64,000 nt of DNA from Raillietiella orientalis (taxonomy: Eukaryota), in NCBI GenBank assembly GCA_036172245.1, contig JAYWIR010000040.1:1426001-1490000 (forward strand), in the 5' to 3' direction. Below the pieces are notes generated by a model. The model ran no database searches. It was not told where the DNA came from and was given only the letters and a program-made list of their open reading frames with translations. The position numbers and the translations under genes are program-made. This document shows, piece by piece, positions 11,501 to 22,749 of this stretch; positions within the stretch are counted from its first letter, which is position 1; every line of letters starts with the position of its first letter.

Positions 11501-14500
11501 TTGTCAAAGGTTTCCGGGCTCAGCTGCCTCCTCGACCCGGGGTGACCTTCTCCCGCCGCCGTTCGACAAGATCGGGAGCCCGAGCGGTCCTCCTCTCGCA
11601 CAGCCTCCGACCACCGGATCATTCCCAGCCCGGATCGGTTGGCTTGGACGTCCCACTTTCAGCGAGCGTCCCTCCCTAGGGTTACCGCTGTAGCTCACTC
11701 TGCTGCCGGGAGCAGGAGGGTAGTGCCAGGAGGTCATGTTGGGCCATTCCCCTTTCTCTTCCGCGTCTCCCCTCCCTCACCTTTCCGCTGGAACGGAGCT
11801 CCTCGACTTGTGCAGCCGATCCCCAGCCTCCAGAAGGGCAGGAAGACGGGCGAGTGGGCTGGGTTCGCCGCTTTGCTCCTCGCTCTCCTGAGATCGATGG
11901 GCGGGAGATTCGTGGAGACCTCCTGCCTCCGCTTCCTTCGTCCCCTTTTGGAAGTTTTGAGAAAACAAGCGAACAAACGAAACGGAAAAATCATCAGAAA
12001 GTTGTGGATTCCTCTTGCGCTTCCGGGAACCCCTGTAGGACTCCCCCTGACCGTCCGTGGCATCAGTGAAGCACGGAGCTGCCGAGGGGGCCTTTCGAGG
12101 CCACACGCACAGTGGACTCAGTTGCTCCAAGGTGCATCGCAGGACAGGACGCGGCCATCCTCCCTCCTTTCCCCTCTTCCTTCAGCTCCAGCCTCCGACT
12201 CGCTTCGGGAGGACCTCAGAACCGAACTGGGGACTCCCGGCAGCATCTTCGATGAGGACGCATGCCGCCCTCCTTCCCGCGCCGAGGGTCCGTTCCTTGA
12301 GGGACTGGCTGCCTCCTCCTCTCGCGCCAACGAGCCCGTCTCCCCGTTTCCTGTTCCGGGGCAGCCGAGAGAACTGCGAGGGATCGCGCGCAGCGTGCTT
12401 CCAGGTCCGTCCCTTCCTCAGAACCACGTGGGAGGGAAGGCGCTCACTCGCTGACCTGCGTTCTCGCGAAACTCCCCTCTCCAAGCGAGCGGGTTTTTTC
12501 TTGCTCCCTTTCTCCTCGAAGGGTTGCTGCACCGCGCGGCGGCTGAAGTCGCTTGGCCGGACGGTGGGTCGCGAACCAGACCAGCCCGACTTCCTTCCTT
12601 CCCCTCCGCGAAACCCTCGCTTCCCCGATCTTTTCTCAAGGGGAGCGACCTTGCAGGATGTTCCCCGAGTAGCCTTTCATCCCAACGGCACTCCGGACGC
12701 GCCCACAGATCTGGAGGGAGAAGGACGGGATCATAGCTTGAGGCTTGCGCAAGCCACGGTCAGCAAGAGTGCTGGAACCCTTCACCCCCGGCCGCCGTCT
12801 CGGTCGCCGTGGTTGCCGCGCAATATGTATATATATATATTTGCTCATCTGATCGCCGTTTAAGTGCACGAAACCTTTTTTTCAGGCTCTGCTGTATGGC
12901 GTGGACACCTTCGAAGACATCTGCGAGATGTTCGACACTACCACACTGGAAATTCCATCGATATGTTGGGATGACGAGCAGACGGAAACGCAGGTCATTG
13001 CACAGTTCCTCTGCCTGCCTCGTCGTGACTCAGCAGCTTGTTTTCTTCTCCATTTTAATAGCAGTTCCTCTTTGTGTGTGGGGGGGGGGGCATAAAACTC
13101 AACATTGCAGACTGCTTTTCCGTCGTTGAGCTTCAGCATCCGCTCCCCAGACTCCGCTTTCCATGTGATGAACACTCGCTGCATGGGAAGGCGAATTTTC
13201 CGTTTGTGTGGTGTATCCGACACGGACGGAAAGTTTCCAGCTTCCTGTGGACTCTTAGCTTGCGTGCCGCTTTGCTTAACTCAGAGCGCGTTCCCTCGGT
13301 TCGTCAAACACACGTCATTGGACCGCGTGTAACGATGCTTCCTCCGACCACTTTTCAAATCCCCTCCGACATCCAGAAGAATCCTCTGCAACCTCCCCGG
13401 GAAGAATCTCCCCGTCCGTTCTTCCTTTCCTGTTCGGTGTTTGCTTTAACCCACGCCTCATTCAAGTCTCAACTTGTTGCATCGTGCACCATGTCTGCAT
13501 ATTCGGTGTTATTTCATGCATCGATCGCGCACATCATTATTGCAAGATTTCATGCAACATTGTTGCGCCGTCGTCGTGCATCACGGCTGCATATTCCGTG
13601 TTATAATCGTGCATCGATCGCGCACATCATTGTTGCAAGATTTCATGCAACATTGTTGCGCCGTCGTCGTGCATCACGGCTGCATATTCCGTGTTATAAT
13701 CGTGCATCGATTGCGCACATCATTGTTGCAAGATTTCATGCAACATTGTTGCGCCGTCGTCCCAGGCGACAGTGTTGCAGTATTCTACACGTCCTTCCCT
13801 GCACATAAGCAACATTGTTGGCGGTGTCGGTGCTTTTTGTCCGAGGTTCGATTCTTGCCAGCTTGCATTTGTTTTAACGGTCTCAAGCAAAGTCATCTCT
13901 GCACGTTCAGGAAGTGCCAGCAAACGCCTCGAATACAAAAATTTGAAGTTGAAGTCTGTGGGTGCCTTTAAATCATTTTCGGGTGTTCACGCATCCTGGA
14001 GTCTGACGTCAGGCACGTTCCTCCACTTAAAAGCATTTGTTTTTGTAGCCGAAAAGGAAAAAGCAGATAACAGATTTGTGGGGAAACCATTTGTTTGACA
14101 TGGAAGCTCACCTTCATTTAATGAAAGTAGACAAGAACCCCCCCCCCCCCCGAGGGCAAATGTATGTTCTCATATTTATAGCGGAGGCTTTAAAGGATAA
14201 GCGGCCTTAAAGGTACCGCCGTGTTGTTGACGTTTCAGGCAAGGTTCAGGATTCCATACTTAAAATAGCATTCTGCATGGAGTTGGTAGACCACTGGAAA
14301 AAAAAAATAAAGTTAAGAAAACAAATCTCGATCGCTATCTTAGTCGGTGAGACCCAGATACGTGGAAGTTATTTCACTCCATCTCATTTGTTCCTGCTCT
14401 GGCACCTCTGCTTTCACTGGACGTATCTGTTTTGTTCCGTGGTGTGTGGCGTCCGTTCGAGGGCGCCTTCCTTCTCCAAGGAATCTGCAGGATTCGAATC

Positions 14501-17500
14501 GGTTCGGGCAAAATGAATGACCTGGACAGTGACTGAGCGGTTGATGACATTTAGCGTCGCTGCTACCAGTTTGCGTGAGGGACTGTCGCGCTCCTTGCTT
14601 TTTTTTTTTGCTTTCTAAAAGCATATGGTTAGCGTTCAAAGCGTACACGGAGTTGGTGGACAGTCTTTGGTTTGGAACGTTCCTCAAGAGACCCATGACG
14701 GTGGGGCGTTGGAAAATGGATTCAATCCTACGGAGATTGACGGCGGCTATCCACCAGTGTGGTGCTGTCATCCGCACTGTGGTATTAGGCAGCGAACATT
14801 AGTGCCTGGCTGTTTACTGTCAGCAATCCACCAATACCGTTCTTTTTTTCATCTCTCGACGTCCCTTTTTTCATTTGTCGAGGTCAGTTCCTAGCTCCTG
14901 CCCTTTCCGGGTTGAAACCTCGACTGCAGTCCGTGCCATCCGCCGCAGCAATCGTGCAACCTCGTGCACTTCCTCGAATTTCATGGTACAGATGCCTCTT
15001 CCTTTGCCTGCTGGAAAAAAAACACGTCGAGACCGATTTTACTTTCTGGTGGTGGTGACGTCATTCGGAGGACATACCGCGACACCCTTCGTTTCCAAGT
15101 GAACGGTTTGCCTTTTATGGCCTCAGTGCCGCCAGCTACAAGTATGCTTCTCCGGGATGATTCGCTCTGGGGCAGCCGCTGCCATCCCAACCTGTGGTAA
15201 ACGACTATCCTGATGTTTACGTGCATCTCCGTAACTTCGTGCACGCGTTGGCGAAGTTTGGAAGCGCAGCTGCAGAGAAGAAAGGCATCCCCTTCGAGGC
15301 GTCTCCTAGCGCTCCCCAGCTCTCAGAGCGGATCCAGGAAGTGAGGAGCTGCTGCGCGTTCTTGCGGGGGCGCGTGGCAGTGCCAACGGCCTAGCCGCCT
15401 CGACAGCGCCGTCCGATATCGCTGTTTTCGCTGGCGCTCGCTCTCGGTGGTGGAGTGCTGGGAAAACGCGTCCGTCTCGGATCCTCTCTGCTTCCTCTTT
15501 GCTTCGTGCAAGGCGGCACGTGTTCCGCACACTTGCCTAGACGGGCGTGTCGTCGCCGCCGCCGCCAGGTTGAGGACGGACCGGCCGATGAACACCAGCA
15601 GACGAAGAGGTTCCCTGCCCTTCCTCGGCCATGCCTTTCGTCTCTCCGTCAGAGACGGTTCCATGGCGTTTCATTTCCGCGGTTTCGGGCGGGAGGCGCT
15701 CTTCGTGTTTCTTGGTGCACTGAAGAGAAGGGCAGAGGAAGGAACTTGGGAGCTTGGTTTTGGAGGGACGATGGTGGTGAAGCATCAGCGCCGGAATATC
15801 GCAGAACTGAGCCGGCATCGGTGGGTGGAGGTCCGTGGAACAGCAGGGGACCTGGAATGGGATTTCACTGCGTTTACGTCCACGTAGGAAATTACATGCA
15901 TGCTGAATTCACGCGCAACAGCAGATGTCTGCGCATTCACTGCATGGTGTATACATAAAAAAATATCAGTTTATTACACGTGATGTGATAAATTGAATTA
16001 CTTTTGAAATAATCATGTATTATTGTCAAATGAATGTCATCATTTCATATTCCGCATTGCGTCTGTCATGTTACGCGACATTTATGATTCTGTTTTCAGA
16101 AGTGAACTTGTGCTCTGGTTCAGGGGTACCATATACGTTTCCAATAGTAAATCAGTCACTGATTGAATGCCATAGCAAACATAAAGTATTAAGCAAATCT
16201 AACCACGCGTACGAGAGCAAAATTGTAAATGAATATGTAATTTGTAATTAAATATCTAATGTTGGAAAAAGGTCGGATTGTGATTTGAGACTCAGAAGCT
16301 TTGCAAAGCTCGAACTGTCCTCTTTGCCCACGTTGCTGTCCTTCTCTACTCTCACGAGTGAGGTCTCACTTCAGTCAGACTCGGTCTCCGGCAGACCGGC
16401 CGGGAAGGTTTTTCCATCTTCGGCATAGACTTCCTGCCACGGGCAAAGGGCGCCGATCGAGCGACGCGCCGCCGGGCAACTATTCGCAGCTGCCTCATTC
16501 GCCGCAAGCCGCGAGGCCAGCGTGTCCCACGCCCAGCACATTCCGCGGAGTCCGTGTTTTGGTCCAGTTGAATCCGGGAGCCGGGAGCGCCGCTCGCTGG
16601 TATTCCTTCCCCTCCGGCGGCGGTCTCTCCTTCCTCCTTGCGGCTCCAGGAGGAATGCGAGGCGCGTACGGCGGGCGTCCCGAAAAAGGGTGCGCCGACG
16701 AGAGAGCCTCGCGTGCGGTCCGGACGAGCAGGTAACGACCTGAACTCCCTGGGGGAGCGCCTCCTCCCGCCTCGGAAACTCTCCCCGAGGGGCTGGTTCG
16801 ACCCCTTCCTCCCTTGCGTGTCCTCCCTCTGCTTGGCAGGCGATCCGAGCGGCTGAGCGCTGCGTCCGCCTCCGGCTACCGTGGCTCTTTTCTCCCCTCC
16901 CTCCTCGTTCGCCCCGCCTCCCCCGCCTTCGAGTGACTTCGTGCTCTTGTGGGCTCACCTCGCCCGTCTGCACCGCCTCCCGTGCCTCCGCGGGCGTCCC
17001 CTGCCGCTCGGAAACGCAGCCTCAGAGAGAGTTTTCCGGCTCCCCTTCCTTGACGGCCTGTTTGGGGGACTGGAAGTTTACTGAGGAGAAGATCGGGCGC
17101 TTCCTTCCTTCCTCTCTCCCTTCTCTTTCCGGCTCCTTTCCCCTTTCCTCCCTCCCTCCTCCCTCTCTCCGAGAAGTAGAGGATCTGGCGGATGTATCAG
17201 CCGCTTCTCCTCTTCCCCATCCTCCTCCCTCTCTCCAAGGATGTCCGCGGGGGACACGACTGCGCTACCGACGTGTGCGCAGCCCTCCGCTCCAGCCAAG
17301 GAGAAGCGGAAAGGAGCGACCGCCGTCGTGGCCGGCAGGCGGCAACACTACCAAGCAGCCCTCACCGTCTTTCCTTCCAGAAGTACGTGGACCTGTACTC
17401 AGTGATGACCGATTACAGCTCCGTGATCGACGCGGTGAAGAACATGAACGTCCTGGATCAGATGGAACTGGGCAAGAGTCTCCAGGAGTGCGTGGAGTCT

Positions 17501-17744
17501 TATTTCGAGTCCCTGAAAGAGGTGAGCGGCGGCGGCCTCGTCCCTTTCAGGGTGAACTCCCTCCCCTTCCCAGATCCCTGCCTATGCGAAGAACATCCTG
17601 GAAGCGGAGTGCTACCCCATCCCGGAAGTGCAGGCGGACCTGTCAGAAGTCCTGGAGTCCGACCCGGCGACGGTGTTGGCTGTCATGCTGAGCATCTCCA
17701 CCAGGACCATAGTGAGCATCTTCAGCTGGTTCAACGAGGCATAG
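8508..17744 (+). CDS. Paralog B: spliced gene for a predicted helical protein (189 aa from ATG 8508), candidate long-chain four-helix cytokine; exons 8508(or 8482)-8657, 12886-12993, 17381-17521, 17574-17744
   Basis: Canonical GT-AG phase-0 introns give MVEEGQLHNKGWPSAASGIREKDSNKFKEALKQAVGNAYQHTEGQWLDDL|ALLYGVDTFEDICEMFDTTTLEIPSICWDDEQTETQ|KYVDLYSVMTDYSSVIDAVKNMNVLDQMELGKSLQECVESYFESLKE|IPAYAKNILEAECYPIPEVQADLSEVLESDPATVLAVMLSISTRTIVSIFSWFNEA*. The last three exons are supported by homology to paralog A (15/47 ungapped identities in the penultimate exon; shared D-x-AT-x-LAVMLS-x-S-x-x-T). The first exon rests only on phase, donor and codon usage, and the true start is uncertain. Confidence 0.78.
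10990..12450 (+). mobile_element. Highly decayed non-LTR retrotransposon remnant (APE endonuclease-like start) inside an intron of paralog B
   Basis: ESFLWLQETS near 11105-11135 resembles the APE motif x-x-LQET. The rest is frameshifted and the boundaries are approximate. Confidence 0.3.
13495..13760. repeat. 93-bp tandem repeat, about 2.8 copies, TGCA-rich with an internal inverted repeat
   Basis: GCATCGAT(C/T)GCGCACATCATT starts at 13518, 13611 and 13704 (period 93). Units contain TGTTGCA-agatttca-TGCAACA. Confidence 0.95.
13800..16260 (+). mobile_element. Unclassified decayed element (possible DNA transposon) in an intron of paralog B
   Basis: A lower-GC insert bounded by TGCA/AT-rich ends. 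It holds broken coding pieces: Cys-rich HCWRCRCFL, DPDTWKLF...LSLDV, LVDSLWFG, and YRDTLRFQ...SMLL...HPNLW. The last piece resembles the remnant at 59.8-60.1 kb. Confidence 0.35.
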
Positions 17745-20700
17745 GAGCCGTCTCTGCAGAGAGGATCGGACCAAAGGAGCCCTTTGCATGCTCACCCCTT
17801 CCTTCCCCCTCCCCTCCTCCTCCACGTCACTGCCCCCTTCCCCGTCTCCAGAGGACGACAGCAGCAGTGCCCCCCTCCTTCCCGCCCGGGGCGTGCGCGA
17901 GTGATGGCATGGCACGCTTGTTAAGGATGTGACTTTGACTCCCTCCCTTGACCCCCCGAGAAATTGGAAGGCTGAGAGCAGCATTTGGTCTCCTTTCCCG
18001 TTGCTTTTTTTCGTGGGAGGACGGGGAAGGGAAGAAAGGGAGGAACAGATGCTCTGGCGGTGTCTCTCGGGGTCTTATTGGGTTGGGGGAGGGGATAGGA
18101 TCCTCCTCGAGCACCCCACGCTTCTCCCCGTCTCTGGGGATGTACTCCGTCCTGCCCCTCCCTCCCAGGAACCGCGCACGTCGATCACCACCCCCCATTT
18201 CGACCTTAAGGCCGCTCCAGCTCCCTCGCTTTCCCAGGGTCTCCCCCTGATGGGAAACGCGCACGGAGCCGACGAGCGTTGCGGAAACTCACGTCGTCCC
18301 CTCCTCCTCCCGTCCCCCTAAGACGCCGGAACCGCAGAGGTCTCCCCTCCCGCACTCCACGGGATGGCCGGATGACTCGAGTCCACCCTTTGGCGGGACG
18401 CTCGGGTACTGAGCGGAACGAGGGACCTCGTGGCCCCGTCCCATCCATCGCCGACCCGGGACCACGCACAACACGGTACGGAAAGGGCCAGTCCGAGAGG
18501 TAAGACGGGCTTTCTGCCGGAGCCAGGCGTCCGGGGGCGATGCTCCCCTGCAAGGGGATCCACTCTACCCTGTCCCCTTCTCTTCCTCCCAACCGTACCC
18601 AGGAGACGGAGCGAAAGGGGGTACTCGTCCCTCGGGCTCCCTTGTGCTGTCCCCAGGGGGTTCTCTCTGGGGTTCATTCGGAAAGACGACCGCCCGCGTT
18701 CCCTTTCGTTCCTCCCTTCCCCATCTCCCTTCTGGATGCGGGACCCCACTCCTCGGAGACCCTCTTCGGCGCGCTCTCCAGACAGGCAGGACCACCGTTG
18801 GAAAGGGTCGGCCCCGCCCCTCGTGGACACGCCCTATCAAGAGGTTCCTTCTTGGCTGGAGGGACGGCTGCGTCGTTCACCCGACCTGACCTCGACCTGC
18901 ACGATGGGTGTCCCTGGTCCATAAATGACCGGGGGCCAGGGGGTACGGCAGGCCTCCCAACGACTCCCACCAGGAGCGCGAGAGCATCTTTCGGTAGCTG
19001 GAAGCGCCCAGCGCGAGCATCGGGCTTCTCCTTGGGGGAGCAGCAGATGACCCCAGGGTAGGTCACTCAGAAGGAAGCACTCGCGGGAACGTGAACCGCA
19101 TGTCCTCCTCCCTTCCTTCTCAGTGGGAGAGGTCAAGCCGAGGACCTTGACCAGTTGACTTGTGCCTCGTGAAGTGCCTGCTGGTGCACGCGAATCCGGA
19201 GGGAACAAACGACCCTTCCCAGGTGGGGGAGTCGGCCGCAGAACCAGTCGTTCCTTTGCTCCCTTGACCAAGCTAGTTAGCGGGGTCCACCCTCCCTCCT
19301 CCAAGGGAGAGAAAGCAGCGACCCCTTCCTCGTAACCATGGCAACCGTCCGTCCGGCGAGGGCGAGGTGTCGTTGGAGCTGCTCCTACGCCTGAAAGTGG
19401 CCCGGTGTCCTCTCCCTCTCCTCTCCGTGCCAGATGAGAAAGGCGACCGTTCCCTTCGCCGGGGGGCGCTCCCACCCGTCCGCGCCGAGACGCCCGTTGC
19501 CATGGCGAACACACGCAGTGAGCAAACCGAGTAGGGGGAGACTCCTCCCTGCGGGAACCTCTGGAGGGCCACCGGCTCGAGGATCGGCTTTCGGCCCGGG
19601 AATAGAGGACAATAAAAAAAAAAAAAAAAAAAAAAAAAAACGAAAAATGAGGCCAGTTCTGGGAGGTGAGATGATCACTTGTCCCCCAGATGCCCTCCTG
19701 CTCCCTGGCAGAAGGCGAGCGGCCAGGGAGGTGCTGCCCCTGCCGGGCGTGAAAAGAGCCTCCTCGGCGACTCCTCGGGGCGAGTTGACGGCGTCTCCCG
19801 GGGGAGTTCCCGCAAAGGGGGTCCTTTAGAGGAGGCTCGGGGTCGCTGCGGACGCGCAGGAGTTAGGCTGCTCCCGCGGATTCCTCCCTCACGTCACGAG
19901 GCGTTTGGATCCGCTTCCCAGACTCCTCCTCCTCGCGGACCCTCAGGCTGCGACTTATCTCCCCCGCCTGCCTTACCGGACAGCGGCCGGCTCTGTCGGC
20001 GAGTGCGACTGGGCGGACGGGGAGGGACTTCTCGCCGGGACTCTCAAAGGGCGGCAGCGGCGGCCTCGGGAGACATCGCGGCTCCCCCCTCCCCGAAGAT
20101 CGCTCTCGCCCCCGCCGCCACCTTCTAGAGCTGCAGTCGCTCCCTTGACGTTCGGAACCGCGGGATGCTCGGCGCTGCTTCCGGAAGGAAACCGACGGCC
20201 TCTCCTCCCCTGGACCGATTCCGGTCTCCGCAGCAGCAGGAGAGGAAAAATGGGCGGGGGCCGCGAAGCCAACCTACCGGTCCCCTGCGCACCTCCGAGC
20301 CGCCGCGAGCTGCTCTTCGGTCGCTGCCGACAACTCGGCGGCGGCGGGGGGTAGGACAGCAGTCGCCTCGTCGCGGTCCCGCCCGCAAGAGCTTCCGGGT
20401 TGCGCACGGGGCAGGGGGGGGGGGGACGAGAGTACCCGGAACCACAGTCTCGCCTCTGCACTGTAGGGAACCCCCCTTGGCCTGTTGGGCGCAGGAAGGA
20501 AGCCCCGTCGGGTGACCCCCCGCGAAGAGTCCACTCTGCACGCGGAGGCGCGAGTGCGGCAGCCCAGCTGCATTCTTTCACCACGTGGGTCACGGGCGGA
20601 GCAACCGTCCGGCGCCCCGAATCCTCGGACGAAAAGCCGAACATCCCGCCTATGATGGGGACCGACCGTCCTCTCGCCGCACAAAGAACTGCCGGCAAAG

Positions 20701-20809
20701 CTGGAGAGGAGCCGCCGTGGCCACGGCGCTTCGCCGGAAATCCCGAGCCATCGGAGTCCCGAATGCCGAAACCCCCAAAGGTCATAGCGGGAAGTCATTT
20801 CCACGCTTG

Positions 20810-21430
20810 TGATGTACATTAATATATTGTTAATACATATTAAAGATTATAGAAATAAATACATATGTATGTAATTCGATAATTACATATTGATTTAACA
20901 TATATCTATTATATGCATCATGCATATATTTATTTACTGATTGTGAACATATGCATATCAATTACATAATAAGCACATATATTTTATAATCTTTAATGTG
21001 TATGTTTGAATAATATATATTATTATATCAATGAATATGTATGCTCAAATTAATCTGTATGTCAATTTATATACAAATGTATGCATTAATATACTTAATA
21101 TGCATATATACTTATTTCTTGTGGTCTGTGTAATATATATTAATCTATGCATTAGTCGATATTATCGATTATATGAATGGTATGCGTGTTAATAAAATAT
21201 CACTAAATATAAACATGAAAGTTTTCAACTAGCAATTATCGCGGCTCCGCACGCGTCCTCGCCCACGATATTGCCCGTGAGCAATACACATTAATGTATA
21301 CATGAAAATAAATATGGATGCATATGCATGTCAAATACTGCTATGCAAAATGCACACGACAATGGGTATTAATAAACGTAAAAATAAACCTGTATTTTAA
21401 TCTATGTACATATACATCTAACCATGTGTT
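20810..21430. other. Sharp AT-rich island (TA/TGCA-rich) inside GC-rich DNA
   Basis: Abrupt compositional switch at both ends. The flanks show imperfect inverted similarity (CGAATGCCGAAACCCCCAAAG at about 20760 vs the reverse complement of about 21432-21452). Confidence 0.8.
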
Positions 21431-22749
21431 TCTTGTGGTCTTTCGGGATTCGATCGGCGCCGCCCGGCCAGAACACGCCGACAGCCAAGCCACCCCCCCC
21501 GGGTTCGACACGAGGGCACAAAACAGCAACACTCCAAGTCACTGCACACCGTTGCCGCCACGGGCTCTTCCGCGGTTCGCGGTGCTGGCGTGGTGGCAAC
21601 TCGACCGCGGGCACCCGGGCGGAAGCACCGCGTGAAGAAACGCACGCCGAGGGTGCACGCGCTCGCTCCCGGCGTCCGCCGGCACTCCGCTTGGGGGGGG
21701 CTCCATCTCCAGGGTACGCGCTGAGGGAAACCGAGAAGCCGGGCACGTCGATCGTTCGTCCGACCTCGCCGGTGCCTCTTCGACCTACGCAGGGAAAAAG
21801 GTGGGAAATTCGGCCGCGCTTTCGCGATCAGGCATCTGTCCGGATGGCGCTGCATCTCCCCGACCCGGCAGCAGTCAGCTCCCCTCAGCACCCCTCCCAT
21901 TCGGAAGACATGTCAGAATTCTGTATCCATTGCGAAAACTTGGCCCCCCGCCCTGCGTGCGCTTATCGGCGCACGTTTCCGCGCAACCGTGCGATATCGT
22001 CCGACGTTCCCGTCCTGGAAGATCCATCCGTCGTTATCTGGGGCACGAGCACGGGTGGATCTCCGCCCGCCGAAGGGATGGAGCTCCCCCCCCCCCACCG
22101 AACCCGCCTTCTGAACTTGTAGAGGGTCCCTCGCTCGATGCGCTCCGGGTCGCTCGCAAGACCTCTCTGGTCGTTAGCCACTCCTCTCGCATCAGCTTCG
22201 CTGCCTCGTCTGGCCGCTGTTCCCTGCCGTGCAGCTCGCAACCCGGGATGCTGCACCCGGAATCCATCGCTCGGCTTTTCTCGATTGCCTCGAATCACTC
22301 GCCGCGCTTCGCCACCGCCGCCACCGCCACCGTTGGTCGGGGATCGCTCCACTCCTTGGCTCTAAGCACGGACTCCCCCGGAATCAGCTGCCCTTCCGCG
22401 GTCTGGATTCCCCCGTTTCTAGCTCGATTCGCCCTCCGCCTTTCTCGGGGGTCCTTAGAGAGATGCCTCTGCCCGCCGCGGAACGGTGGGGCCCTCACTG
22501 TTTCGTGCCCTCAGGGTGCCCGGGCCTCGTGAACGCGAGCAAACCCAATCGGACGCTTTGATCCTCCTGCACGCTGCTCTTTCCCGGTTCAGACAGGGAA
22601 GCTTGGAGATGACAGAGAATGAAGAGGAACCTGTCGGCGTTTGCGTGCCAGGGTCCCATAACAGGGAGGGGCGACGAAGGCTCGAGGCCAGTAGAGAACT
22701 CGCGAAAATTCAAAGCGGGGAGAAAAGACGGGAAGGGGTGGGGGATGGG

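Noticed and set aside
13495..13760. Possible CRISPR array or repeat-protein CDS
   Set aside because: Units are contiguous with no unique spacers, the context is eukaryotic, and the open frames follow simply from the 93-nt period.
19611..19640. AATAAA merged with a long A run, as a retrocopy tail or the paralog B poly(A) site
   Set aside because: Long homopolymers are common throughout the window, and no TSD or identifiable retroposed body was found.
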